DNA of 64,000 bases from Macrostomum lignano (taxonomy: Eukaryota). Below the pieces are notes generated by a model. It searched no databases, was not told where the DNA came from, and saw only the letters and a program-made list of their open reading frames with translations. Both the position numbers and the translations under genes were made by a program. The DNA is taken from contig NIVC01000283.1 in the NCBI GenBank assembly GCA_002269645.1, forward strand, positions 310,001 to 374,000. Direction: 5' to 3'. Numbering within the stretch: the first letter of the stretch is position 1; each line of letters begins with the position of its first letter. Below are positions 39,665 to 52,412 of the stretch, piece after piece.

Positions 39665-39925
39665 GGAGAATTCCCATTGACAACGCGAAAAATTCTCCAA
39701 ACACGGGAGTTAATTTCCTTATATACAGGAGTGAAATTCGCTTATAAACGGGAGAGGAATTCCGTTATATTAGGAGAGGAATTCCCTACTAAACAGAAAA
39801 GGAATTCCCTTATAAAAACGGAGGAATTCCTTTATATAGAGAGAAGGAAATACTTTATATACATAGGCGGAATTCCCTTAGATACAGAGGGAATTCCCTT
39901 AGACACAGGGGAGGAATTCCCTTTG
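39665..39925. repeat. Degenerate 22-24-bp repeat built on the GGAATTCC palindrome, in the CCSER-like intron
   Basis: About 11 units, including one perfect GGGAATTCCC near 39890. Confidence 0.8.
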
Positions 39926-40042
39926 ACACACTGAAACAACCTTATAACTTTTATTCATATTTAACTTATTTTAATAAAAAACTAAAACATCCTAACTATA
40001 CTACTGATGCGAACGTTGTCTAGCGAGTAGTACAACACGCAC

Positions 40043-40740
40043 CTGCTAGCAGCTGCAGCGGGCATTGCCCGACCCCGACCAGCCTGTTGCGACAGTTGCA
40101 GCTGATGCATCTTCAACAATGGCAAGTTGTTTGGCCGGCGATAATTATCCGGATTGAAGCTGCTGCCCAGCTGTCTTGGCTCGCTAATATAACTGTTCCT
40201 AGTTGATTTATAATCCCGGTAGCTGCCACCACGGCTGCTAACTGTAGATTCCACTACTGGGGCATCTTGCTCAGCTAGAGGCTGACAAGGCAATGCCGGA
40301 GAAGTCGGCGTGACAGACTCTGGCGTGGCAGATGGCGCCACAGGATTAGGGAAATGGTCCATAGTGACTGATCGAGTTGTCAATGATTGGCTGAACCTGC
40401 TGCTGTCGCCTGCCACAGATTGGCTACTGTTGCACTGCAGTTCCTGCTTCTTCGAGTCTTTGTTATTGTTATCCGCATTGCTGCGTCTCCAGGGCGACCG
40501 AATCAAACTAAGAGTCAAACTTTTATGATGCCAGCGCTGATGCTTGCGACGCGTTTGAACTGGAGAGCTGGCCTCTGCGTCAGGCTGTTCTTGAGGCTGA
40601 CAAGAGGACCCTGGCTTGGCACCATTGTTACCATAGTGACTACAGTCGTTGTTATTGTTGTTGGATTGCAAGTCCGCATTGCCAGTATTGCCTGGCGGCA
40701 AATTCTTTGAGATGCAGGCTCTCATTAACTTCTGCATCAT
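40043..40740 (-). CDS. CCSER-like protein, first recognisable coding exon (low-complexity N-terminus)
   Basis: Strong acceptor TTGTCTTTTAG| at 40772; ATG at 40740 (MMQKLMRAC...); donor AG|GTGCGT at 40042, in phase with exon 2. Joined CDS is 1302 nt (433 aa). Confidence 0.7.
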
Positions 40741-43151
40741 GCTCAATGCAATTTGCTGTTTCTTTTTACTCCTAAAAGACAAGAAATTAGATAAGAAATC
40801 TTGACAACCTCTTATATACGCAGTTTCAAAGCAGAAATGCAATTAATGAATAATTCTCATACAAATCAAGATTCTCTAACAATAGATTACTAAGAATTAT
40901 ATAAGCTTACCTAGATACTATTTGTACAAAAAACCAAATAAAATTAGGATACAAATAATAAGCAAATTATTATATTATAAATTTATTACTGAATATAAGT
41001 TAGAAAGGAAATGAGTTCTAATAAAATACTTTTTAAAAATCTATTTCATATTGTTAGCAATAGTCATTTTAGACATAAATGTCAATTTTCTATATCTTAA
41101 ACATTAAAGTGCTCAAATTTAAACAACCTAAAATACAAAATTACCTAATGCTCTATTTCACCAATACTAATAGCAAATGTTATTAAATACAATATTATAT
41201 TGCTTGCCTATGCTATTGAATATTAATTTACAAGTATATAACTATTGAACACAACTTTTGGAGTCTCTTTTCTTGGAGCCAATTGCAAACATCAAGAACA
41301 ATAATATACACTGACATAGGCATAAGATGATCATAGAGAAGGAGATTGATAAGAAAATGGAAGACAACTACCTAAAAAATAAGAGGAAGGCCATATAAAT
41401 AATAAAAACATAAAAAAATTATATTGAAACTTGTAATGAAATAAGATCCAGAAAAGAGCAAAAAGCACTGAAGATACCTTGAAGCCTAATAATGTTTCGC
41501 AATATATTGGAGTTGCTGAATGGCTTAGAAAAGCAAAATAATAAATGTAAATATTGTTAATTTTTAAGAATTATACCATATTGTCATTAGTTATTAGCCC
41601 ATAGTTTAGATTGTATATTAGTATATGCTGGGTTCAATACCAGAAAAATGATGAGATGAGACCTTGTTTGTATGCTTGTACACCATATACAAAAAATTGT
41701 TATTTGACACAATGTATCTCAGGATCTATTGTGTCATGTACGCTAGGATATTATACATTATACATTGATGTATGCTAAAAATGGTAAGATCCTTGTTATA
41801 TGCTAGGAAATACTAGCAAATATATTGCCTTCTAAACTATGGCTAGGGCCTATTAATTAGCATTTTGGATTAGATAAATTTTCTTAAAAGGCCTAGAAAG
41901 AAATCTCTTTATTCTAGTTCTAGTAAACTTTAAACAATTGGTCAAAGTTGGCCTAGCTATTATATCATAACTGCTATACTCTGTAGCCAACCTAGCCAAA
42001 CTACCTAGCTAGGCCTAGTATAAATTATAGAATAATGTAAATGATAAACTAAGGGCAAATAGCAAAATTAATGCCTGATGATATTTTAATAACTTTTGCT
42101 CTTGACAAAATTTGGCCTAATGATAATGTTTTATGGTGGTAACTTGTAATGGTTTTGTAACAATGTTAATTGGGAATTAAATTTGGAAGCCATATTTACA
42201 CTGACATCAGTCATACATACCATAGTTACCACTATAATATTAGAGTTTGGTCTAAGAGTAAGACCCTGGCCAGCTGGCCTGGCTTTAGGCTCAGTGGCCT
42301 GCTGGTCAGAATAATATGCATTGTGAATGCTTCAGATAAATTTACATCAAAAAAGGAATTATTTAAAAAAAAACACAGCATAAGATTAGGACTAGAGTAG
42401 TAGTAGGCTTTAGACAAGCAGTCTGCAACTGTAAATCTGCAATTACAATTACAATAAACAGGAAAAAAATTTCTGACCCTATCTTTTATCAGATTATAAA
42501 TATAATGACAATGACATTATGGCATTAAATTCACGATAGCAGTCATCAGAAAACAGTATTTTTTAACCTTGTACCCTTTCCCTTTGTATTTTCTGTGTCG
42601 CTGAATAGGCCCTAAGCTAAAGCTGCTAGAGTTAAACTTTCCAAGAATCATGAGAACTTTTGTTTTTTTGCACTTTGAAATTTTCACCACGGTATTGATT
42701 CCAATTTCGATTACGATGATCGTGTTGATGTGTAAATCTTAACCAATGCTAGCAACGGCCACCATTGAGGCCGATAGACCGACATATTACGAACCTAAAA
42801 AATATCATAACACCGAAAACTAAAATAGCAACACTTATTGCTAGAACTTTCGGCAATATGATATTTCTGGTTTATAATATTTCGAGCTTATGATGGAAAG
42901 GGCTTTTCCGAATTGTGATTTTGTATTTCATGGCGACCCTAGCCCTCTCGAACTCGATCCCCCGGACTAGTTTACTGTCGTGGAGTATTGTGCTGCGCAC
43001 CGACCGGCGACCGCCATGGCCGGCATCAGGACTGAGCGCCTTCTCATTGGCAGTGACGACGCTGTAATTAGTGGGTGACGCCGCGGTGGCCTTGGAGTTA
43101 CATGTACATGTACGATTGTTGCATGGTTTTACAGCGCAATTACCGCCCTCG

Positions 43152-43533
43152 AGGGGCGTCGCGTCGCCATGAATTTGATGGTGGGGACAAGCCAAGGATT
43201 CTATATACATATATATGCACATGACTAAATTCCTACATGTACATGTACATTTGAGAATCAGCTAGTGCATGTTGCTAGCATTCATTTTGGCACCGCGTGC
43301 GCTAATTTAATAATTTGGTGCCGCAGATATCTTTGGCGCTGCGGACACTTATTTTGGCGCCGCAGGCACTCATTTAGGTTCCAAAGGCGCTATATTTTGG
43401 CGCTCTGAAGCAAAATTACTGCATTTCCATTGTTGTCATTAATTGGTGGGGTGGACAAAGCATTGGCATGTCCCCCATGTAACTTACCGGGGACATGTCC
43501 CCCTCTCTGTCTCCCCCGGGTGGCGACGCCCCT
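43152..43533. mobile_element. Putative MITE with 11-bp terminal inverted repeats AGGGGCGTCGC...GCGACGCCCCT
   Basis: Perfect 11-bp inverted repeat bounding 382 bp with no coding capacity; TSD not clear. Confidence 0.5.
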
Positions 43534-44336
43534 GCTGCTCTCAATTATCCAACCTAGCTCTGCCCTAACGCCGTATGGTTGAGTTTAAGTTGAATTCTCG
43601 GAGACCATAACGACAAAAAGCATTTTCATACATGTACATGGAAATATTTTTTCTAACAGTAACCAGATCCAACCAAAATACTACTTAACTTGTAACTGAC
43701 TGTCGATCTCTGCATACATGTAGCTTTACCTTAAATTTATGCAATTTTATATGACAGCCTAATCAGATGTTGAAGCTGAAATTAATTACCCCCCTCAGAT
43801 TGATACGATGGCGTCCCCTCTCTTAGATTAAATTTGCGCCATTCCGAAAAGTGGCAACATTAATAGAAAATGACGCAACATATGAGCTGGCCCCAAAAGA
43901 TACAGCTCGATACGTACATGTATAGCTTCTGAAGTTCTATGTTAACAGAGCATAAATTGACTCCTAAAAGAAAAGACAACAATTAAAACCCGAAAATCCA
44001 GGGCTGCACAGTCCAGCTGAACTCTGTTAAAGCTTCGAGACAAATTACAACCCTGTAGGTTCGCCTTAGCTACCTGACTGATCGGGCAGCTGGCCATACA
44101 AAATCGTGCATGCACGGGTAATTACATGGTATTGTTGACGTTGACTTTGGCTTTCATCTAAAGTCGACGAGGAGCGTACATTGAACGGTAATAAAGAGGC
44201 TCAAAAATGGATGTCGGCAACGCGGTTCAAGGAGGTCAATTGCATCGATAAGTACCTTTGATCGAGAGTTCTGATTGTAGGTTTTGAGATGCATACATCA
44301 CCGATTAAGACGTTCTGGCTTAGAATTCGAAGCACT

Positions 44337-44600
44337 GCTGCAGCAGTCAGTGTCGAGACGTCTGACAAGATTTGATGCGTGCGGACTGAGATACTGCAGC
44401 AGTCAGTGTCGTGACGTCTGACAAGATTTGATGCGTGCGGACTGAGATACTGCAGCAGTCAGTGTCGAGACGTCTGACAAGATTTGATGCGTGTGGACTG
44501 AGATACTGCAGCAGTCAGTGTCGCGGGACGTCTGACAAGATTCGATGCGTGCGGACTGAGATACTGCAGCAGTCAGTGTCGTGACGTCTGACAAGATTCG
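44337..44600. repeat. 56-bp tandem repeat (about 4.6 copies) ~250 bp upstream of the bestrophin ATG
   Basis: CAGCAGTCAGTGTCGAGACGTCTGACAAGATTTGATGCGTGCGGACTGAGATACTG units. Confidence 0.93.
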
Positions 44601-44853
44601 ATTCACACGAACTGCCCTAAGTCAGCCATTGGGGCGGAAGTTTGTGACGATGTGTCCTATGATACGATTGGTTCAGGTTTTGAAGGTACTAGCCAATAGG
44701 TTTGGACTTAGATAGAGTAGGCTCAGGTTTCGGCTAAACTTTACCACTCTGACAGCTATATATTATGCAGACTCAAACCTTTCTGTGTTCAAAAACGCTG
44801 TGTTTATTAACCGCTTGAGCTTTTGGAAAGTGCTGCGATTCTGCTAACCAATA

Positions 44854-45187
44854 ATGACTGTCACCTACAGCAAGGTGATCTCGTCCGGACAGAAAGGAGT
44901 TTTTGTCCGCCTGCTGCTCATGTGGAAGGGCTCTCTGTACAAGCTGGTGTACCTGGATCTGATCTTCTACCTGTCGCTCTATTACGCCCTGTCGCTGTCC
45001 TACAGGTTGCTACTGAACGAATACGGCAAGCGGACATTCGAACAGGTGGTCCACTTTGCTAACTCAGTCAAGAACAACATCCCGCTTAGCTTCCTGCTTG
45101 GTTTCTTTGTTAGCGGCGTCATCAATCGTTGGTGGGCCATGTTCCTGGAGATTCCCTGGATGAACCGGTACTCCTTCCTGGCTCAGG
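44854..45187 (+). CDS. BEST: Bestrophin (Ca2+-activated anion channel family), exon 1
   Basis: MTVTYSK...FVRLLLMWKGSLYKL...IPLSFLLGFFVSGVINRWW...IPW; donor G|GTAAGT at 45188 (phase 1). Confidence 0.96.
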
Positions 45188-46651
45188 GTAAGTTTTGGAG
45201 CTTAAATTTGATCATTTTTGCTAGACTTCCAGAAAACTTTTACGGTACCAAAGCAAGTTGTCGAATGTATAAAGCGTCAAAAGGAAGTTTAGAAAGCGAG
45301 AGATACAGTGAATTTAGTGCTAAAAATTGTATACATCACATATCGCTGAAGTACTTTAAATCTAAAATCGGCATTACGTAAAAAATGTCTACTATTCGCG
45401 AAAGTGGCTTCCTGATATTCGACAAAGTAGTTATCCGTGTTGAAAAATAATGTGGTCACGAAAACTGGTCCCAATTTGATCATGGTGTATAACGATTGAG
45501 AGACTTTAAGCAAGACGTGCACAGCATACTAAACACTTTGTTGGCTTTCAACAACAGTTTTTTTAACAGATTGACCGACTTTAAAAGTCACACAGACTGC
45601 CGGGCACTTTCAAGTTCCCATTAACCAAGCAACACCCATCCCGCGATCACTTTCCTCAAGAGTCATTCATTCAAGCTGAATCGCCACACTCTTACTCAGG
45701 AACAAAGGAGAAAACGTTCAATAAAGTTGCAATCGGATCGGTTCAAGTCAATTTTAAAAAATCCACTTACCTTGCAAGCATTATACTACAAACCATCGGA
45801 AAAAAGGCATTTTGTGGGCGAGGCTCTCTGGTTGTGCTGAACCAATTCTAAAGTTAGTTGTTTAGGCTTTGGCATGCAATATTACCCCCAGGTAAAGTTC
45901 ATTGATTGGCAAAATAAATGCGACTGATGAGAGCTGCATTGAACTGTACTAAGACAGCCCACCCCAGTTTGGGTCAATAAGTGTCGGTGCAGTGAAATGA
46001 AAACAAAACTGAAACGCGCAGGACTTTCTTAGCCCCTCATTAGCGATTTTGCCCGCTTAAGTTAGTAACTATAGGACTAAGGTCTTTTTCGATTGAGGCT
46101 TGTTCTGGAGTAGCAGAATCCGGTCAATCAATCCTGTTCCTTTTTTAAACACTCAAGCAACAAAAGATAAAAGCATGAAGATCCAGACCGCTTCAAAGGT
46201 GACTGAACTGTACCGTATATGCTCTTTTGCAAATGGAACTTATTTTGATCTGCAAAGTCGCTCGCTCAGCATCCTTCAGATAGAGCTTTTTTATGGACAT
46301 TTGTACCACTTAAGTAACATCGGATGTTCACCAATTAGAGTTGCTGTTTAAGGCATAACCGTTGTCATCATCAGTGGCCACTAAAAGCTTGCAATTTTTC
46401 CATCTTTTATAAAGCAAAAACGTCGTCTTTGTAAACGAGCGACTTACATGTAGGGGCTTATCATAAAAAATAGTGTAGCTTCATGCTTTCAACATATTTT
46501 ATAGCCCAACATTCCTAATCTTACTGAATTTAAATTGGCCTCTGAAAAATAATGCTGGGAGTAACGGTAAGGTGCAATAGTCTATGGCCAAAAGTACAAA
46601 ATACTACGCTTACATTCAATTGATTTCGCAAGCTTGTAAGCTGAAGCTGAG

Positions 46652-46866
46652 GGAGTTGTAGCCTATTGTGGTTAGAGCGTCGGACTAATGATAGAAAGTT
46701 CGGGGGTTCGATTCTCAACACACTCGGAACTAAATCCTGTATTGCTTCAGTTCACCCAGCTGTAAAATGGGTGCCAGCATTAGCTGGGGTAATTGACAAA
46801 TTGAGGCTGTGTGTGGCGACCACCCAGTCCTTGCATTGAAGAGCCGTACGCTGAGCACATCTGTCC
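46652..46866 (+). mobile_element. tRNA-derived SINE, copy A (internally deleted)
   Basis: A-box-like TAGCCTATTGTGG and B-box GGTTCGATTC, then CACCCAGCTGTAAAATGGGTGCCAGC; homologous to copies B and C. Confidence 0.85.
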
Positions 46867-46914
46867 ATTGAGGCAGGTGCAATCGATTATGATACAGGAC
46901 TAAAACTGTGTATT

Positions 46915-47925
46915 TGCCATAGACATTCTCGGCGGGCGTGAACCAAACGTTATCTGTCTATTTTAAAAAATTACACCGCCCCAATTGGGCCAGATGTGCA
47001 ACCGACAGCTCAGCCGCAGCTGTTGCGCGGCGCATCTGAAGGCTGCGTACGGCTGTTCAGTCCAAGGATTGGGGTGGGGGGGTCACCACACAGCCTCAAT
47101 GTTGGCACCCATTTTATAGCTGGATGAACTGCAGCATTCCAGAGTTAAGTGTCGTGAATTGAACCTCCGACCTCTCCGGCCGTGAGTCCGATGCTCTTTC
47201 CACTAGGCTACAACCTCGAGCCAAGAGATCCTCATTTTAGGTTTCAAATCTAAGAAAATAATTGCTCACGTACCTCTACACCAAATTACCGAAGCGAATT
47301 ATACTAAAGTAATTTTCAGGTAAGTGTACCTCATGTCGTGTCAACCGGAAAGATGCTCATGCCCGCTAAGTCAAAGTCTGCAGCTGGATGTCATTGCGCA
47401 TTAGAAGCTCCTCTGGCCCTAATAGCCGGCTCAGAACGGAGGCTGGGGAGTTCACAGAGATGAGGACTTTCCTGGACAGGGACAGAGGTGGTGAGGCCTT
47501 GAGACTGCTGCTGCTGCTACTGCTCTGCTTTTGCAACTTCTCTGCTTTGGAAAACACTGCAAAACGAGAGACAGAAAGAGGGAGAGGCAAGGAAAGTAAA
47601 AATGCCTCTAAAACAATGCTTAAGAGTCTTGAGGCAGCAATATTCACTAGCCATAGCTGGTCCGGTGTCTGTCCATCTCTCAACTACCCATTCTTATCAA
47701 GTCGTTTATGATTCAATTTTTCTGAGGTTTGGGAAATTTTTTGTTGTCTGCTGCCGTGTGCAGAAAGTAGGAGAAGCTGCACACACACACTGGCGGAACT
47801 CACGTGAGCTGCGGTTTTAAGGCATCTCCCAACAGCAGAGCTTAGAGAAAACCTTCTGTACTCAACTCAATTCCAGTGACATTCTAAACCGAACAGACTT
47901 GTCTTGACAGAGTTTGTCTATGGCA
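46915..47925. mobile_element. Putative non-autonomous DNA element with TIR TGCCATAGACA...TGTCTATGGCA (hosts SINE copy B)
   Basis: Perfect 11-bp inverted repeat; the same CCATAGAC/GTCTATGG core bounds another segment at 49340-49694. Confidence 0.35.
46981..47217 (-). mobile_element. tRNA-derived SINE, copy B (inverted relative to A and C)
   Basis: Reverse complement reads GAGGTTGTAGCCTAGTGG...GGTTCAATTC...ATAAAATGGGTGCC...CAGCCGTACGCAGCCTTCAGATGCGCCGCGC...GGCCCAATTGG. Confidence 0.88.
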
Positions 47926-48928
47926 GAACCCCACTCAGCGCTGTGCGCTCTCTAGAGCATCCTGAATTCATACTAAATGGATACTTAAACGTTCCTTACC
48001 CAAAATAATTTTGGACATGATAGACAACCTAAATACGGCTCAAACTAAATGGTAGGCATCACAGCTCAAATATGTAATAATGATCATATGGTTCATAGTG
48101 GGTATTAATCTCTGCATAGCGTCCCCTGAGATTACCCAATCACGGCTGTGAAGAGGCGCCGAAAGAAAGCCGCGTGCATGGCTCGGATGTGACAAGGAAA
48201 CATTAAGGCCTGCTAAAGACGAGACTTAAGAAGGGGTGGCCCGCGGGTTAATTTAGTTACAAAAGTCTCCCCGAAGCAGCCTTTATCTGTGCCAGCACTG
48301 ATAGAGCTCTCAAGGGGTCAAGCATGATTATAATGCATACTGTTGGTTGTTCAGGGAATGAAAGGGTGGCTGTCCATTTCGAATCGCCAGAGGATCGTCA
48401 GCTCAGTTTAGCATCTTCGAAGTGGTTCTTCTCTGTCCAAGTCGATTTCTTTTTGTCGTCCTTTACAAAGAACAAATCTCCTACACTGTTGACAAGTAAA
48501 ACAAAATGATTCCAAGAAACCAGAATCCTACAGGGGGGGGGCGACACTAAACAAAGTTCATGAAGAGAGCCTCATCGACTCATAGTTAGAAGGCTTTAAA
48601 ACTGACAGAGGATTTGGACAGCTGAGTGTAAATTGATTATCGACTCTGAGAAGCGAACGTACTTGAGACAGCAAGTTTCTAAGTGCTAAGAAGAACGTTT
48701 TAAAATTTAAAATTAGTCTGGAGGATCCGCACTAGCTATTAGTTCAATAGTGCTACGTTCTCACAATGGGGATTGTGAGAACACGCGTCATGGCCATTAC
48801 CATGAATTCTCACTTGCAGCTAACTTCATAGGTCAATTTGTCCATCAGGATCCGTGTGGGAAGGGAAAATGGGGGTGTGGGGGCGAAGCCCCACTTACAA
48901 ACATAGACTTTTTTATTTCAAGCTCATA

Positions 48929-49122
48929 GGGCCGTATACAGAAAGCTCTGTCTAGGGTAGTCCGGTCTTGAAAAGCTAGTCTAGACTTGGATTTGGTATG
49001 CAGAAACGCAAAGTTAGACCGGTCTACTATAGACAGAACTAGGGTAGCTAGACCATAGACTATAGACCAAACTACCCAAGTCCGGACTAGCTAGTCTGGA
49101 CTAAGCTTTCTGCATACGGCCC
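48929..49122. mobile_element. PIF/Harbinger (Tourist-like) MITE, 194 bp
   Basis: 19-bp TIR with one mismatch (GGGCCGTATACAGAAAGCT / AGCTTTCTGCATACGGCCC), flanked by a 3-bp duplication ATA (48926-48928; 49123-49125). GGGCC termini and a 3-bp TSD fit PIF/Harbinger. Confidence 0.75.
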
Positions 49123-49339
49123 ATAGACTCGTTCGTTTTCTAAAATAATGTCCCGGTAAATTGCTTTATTGTCAATTTTTTAACAATGACCGGTCATTGA
49201 TTGAATGTCATTGCCTTAACGTTAATTAACATAGACATTTTGAACAATGGCAGCAAGAGAAATGACTTTGGCCTTTTAAATTTCTATAAGGATATGTTTT
49301 TTAAACTCCTTTGCTAGCATAAGGGAAAGCATCGGGTTT

Positions 49340-49694
49340 AACCATAGACTCCTCCATACTCTTAGAACTCGTGATTAGTTAACCCTCGCTATGGTGGTCT
49401 TCCCAACTCAATTGACTTATCAGCTCCAGTTGGGTTGCAGAAGCACCATCAAGGGCATCAAAAGGCAAATGACTCCAATTGATCATATCTCAATTTATAT
49501 TCAGTAGCGAAGGCAGGAATTGCCGGAAAGCGGGAAGCTGATAGATAGGCTGGCTCTTTTCAAATCTTTCTTGTTTTTTTTAAGTCCCTTTACACTCAGA
49601 GCACAGGTTTCTGATGAAGCTGATGTCCATGGTCGGGCGATTCTGAAGATGCTAAAATTAGACAGATGTTGCCACTGTTATTGTGTCTATGGTT
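49340..49694. mobile_element. Putative MITE with TIR AACCATAGAC...GTCTATGGTT
   Basis: Perfect 10-bp inverted repeat, 355 bp span. Confidence 0.4.
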
Positions 49695-50354
49695 TAAGAG
49701 ACCAAAACTAGAGACCATGAAGACAACTTTGAAAAGTGATTCTAAGGTGTGATTAAGTGCCATTAAAAGTGATACAACTCGTCCCGTAACATGCCACTTC
49801 TACCGTATGCAACATCCCCTTGGGCTACTAAAGGAGACTACTAAACCCTAGACTACTAAACCTGCTAGATAACTTTTTTCACAGATACAATCTTAATTAA
49901 ACCACTAATAAGTTGCATGTAAATGTAAAATAATGAATTTGTTATCAAAGCGTGAACGCAAGGGTGCTCAAGTATAGAAATATATTATCACTCTGTGTAG
50001 TCGCGGCTAACCGCATCGTGTTGATTAGCACTCTGCAACAAGCTAGGTAAAAATGTGTCTCAAGCCAATGCGCTGGAAAATTCGTCAAAACACTCACACA
50101 GCCTCTCTGGGAGATGCTTTGTAAGAATGAGCTCACCATATAATCCTGTACCTGTGCTAGGATAATCCTAATTAGTATTTCGCTTATTATTATATTTATT
50201 AATTGGTTTGCACGCACAGACTTATTAGTCAGGCTTGGCTCAGTCACTGGGCTAGTTTTCACCGCCTAAAACTCAGCATTGGTCACGTCACCTCCAGACA
50301 GCAGAAGTGGGAACACTGAAGTTGATTTAGGACACTACATTCATGGACTGCTAA

Positions 50355-52000
50355 AGACAGGACAAGAACAAACATGATGTAAAAAGACAGGACAAGAATG
50401 GACAGGAACTAAAAAGACAGGACAAGAATGGGCAGGAACTAAAAAGACAGGACAAGAGTGGACAGGAACTAAAAGACAGGACAAGAATGGACAGGAACTA
50501 AAAAGACAGGACAAGAATGGACAGGAACTAAAAAGACAGGACAAGAATGGACAGGAATAGAAAAGACAGGACAAGAGTGGACAGGAATAGAAAAGACAGG
50601 ATAAGAATGGACAGGAATAGAAAAGACAGGACAAGAGTGGACAGGAACTAAAAAGACAGGACAAGAATGGACAGGAATAGAAAAGACAGGACAAGAATGG
50701 ATAGGAACTAAAAAGACAGGACAAGAGTGGACAGGAACTAAAAGACAGGACAAGAATGGACAGGAACTAAAAAGACAGGACAAGAATGGACAGGAACTAA
50801 AAAGACAGGACAAGAATGGACAGGAACTAAAAAGACAGGACAAGAATGGACAGGAATAGAAAAGACAGGACAAGAGTGGACAGGAATAGAAAAGACAGGA
50901 TAAGAATGGACAGGAATAGAAAAGACAGGACAAGAGTGGACAGGAACTAAAAAGACAGGACAAGAGTGGACAGGAACTAAAAAGACAGGACAAGAGTGGA
51001 CAGGAACTAAAAAGACAGGACAAGAATGGACAGGAACTAAAAAGACAGGACAAGAATGGACAGGAACTAAAAAGACAGGACAAGAATGGACAGGAATAGA
51101 AAAAACAGGACAAGAATGGATAGGAACTAAAAAGACAGGACAAGAATGGACAGGAACTAAAAAGACAGGACAAGAGTGGACAGGAATAGAAAAGACAGGA
51201 TAAGAATGGACAGGAATAGAAAAGACAGGACAAGAGTGGACAGGAACTAAAAAGACAGGACAAGAATGGACAGGAATAGAAAAAACAGGACAAGAATGGA
51301 TAGGAACTAAAAAGACAGGACAAGAATGGACAGGAACTAAAAAGACAGGACAAGAGTGGACAGGAACTAAAAAGACAGGACAAGAGTGGACAGGAACTAA
51401 AAGACAGGACAAGAATGGACAGGAACTAAAAAGACAGGACAAGAATGGACAGGAACTAAAAAGACAGGACAAGAGTGGACAGGAATAGAAAAGACAGGAT
51501 AAGAATGGACAGGAATAGAAAAGACAGGACAAGAGTGGACAGGAACTAAAAAGACAGGACAAGAATGGACAGGAATAGAAAAAACAGGACAAGAATGGAT
51601 AGGAACTAAAAAGACAGGACAAGAATGGACAGGAACTAAAAAGACAGGACAAGAGTGGACAGGAACTAAAAAGACAGGACAAGAGTGGACAGGAACTAAA
51701 AGACAGGACAAGAATGGACAGGAACTAAAAAGACAGGACAAGAATGGACAGGAACTAAAAAGACAGGACAAGAATTGACAGGAATAGAAAAGACAGGACA
51801 AGAGTGGACAGGAACTAAAAAGACAGGACAAGAGTGGACAGGAACTAAAAGACAGGACAATAATGGACAGGAACTAAAAAGACAGGACAAGAATGGACAG
51901 GAACTAAAAAGACAGGACAAGAATTGACAGGAATAGAAAAGACAGGACAAGAGTGGACAGGAATAGAAAAGACAGGACAAGAATGGACAGGAATAGAAAA
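50355..52000. repeat. 30-bp satellite (AAAAAGACAGGACAAGAATGGACAGGAACT)n with ~300-bp higher-order periodicity
   Basis: The diagnostic variant GGATAAG recurs about every 299-300 bp. Confidence 0.96.
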
Positions 52001-52412
52001 TAAATGACGAAAATGGCCTACTATTCTAATCGATTTTAGTTTTTAAAAAGATTCTATTTATAACAAAACAAAGTTTTTTTCAATCTAGTACTTTAAACTA
52101 TTTTAAGCTTAGTTGGAAATAAACCTGAATTCTTCAAATAATTAATGAATCGGACGATGACTTAAGTTTTATTCAAGCATTTTGGCAGTCTGTACCCCAC
52201 AGTGCCACCAACACACAATTCTAATTTTGGCCAGTTAGGAGAGCTCCAAAAATAGAAAAGTGCGAATCAGTTGCCACATTGTTGTTTTTTTGTTGCTTAA
52301 TATATCCTGCGGTGAAAGCTGAGACGACCTGCGGGTTCCGGTTACCAATTAGTGCAAGTGCAAGATTATTTTTGTGGCATTGTTCTTCTCCTTCTGGTCT
52401 GACACCGACTGA

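Noticed and set aside
42872-43222. 116-aa minus-strand ORF between CCSER-like and bestrophin
   Set aside because: No recognisable motif, it overlaps the MITE-like element end, and there is no consistent splice context.
45924-45997. Hammerhead-ribozyme-like CTGATGA...GAAA with a CTGCA/TGCAG stem
   Set aside because: Two extra bases separate the core from stem II, and no stem I/III or NUH cleavage triplet could be formed.
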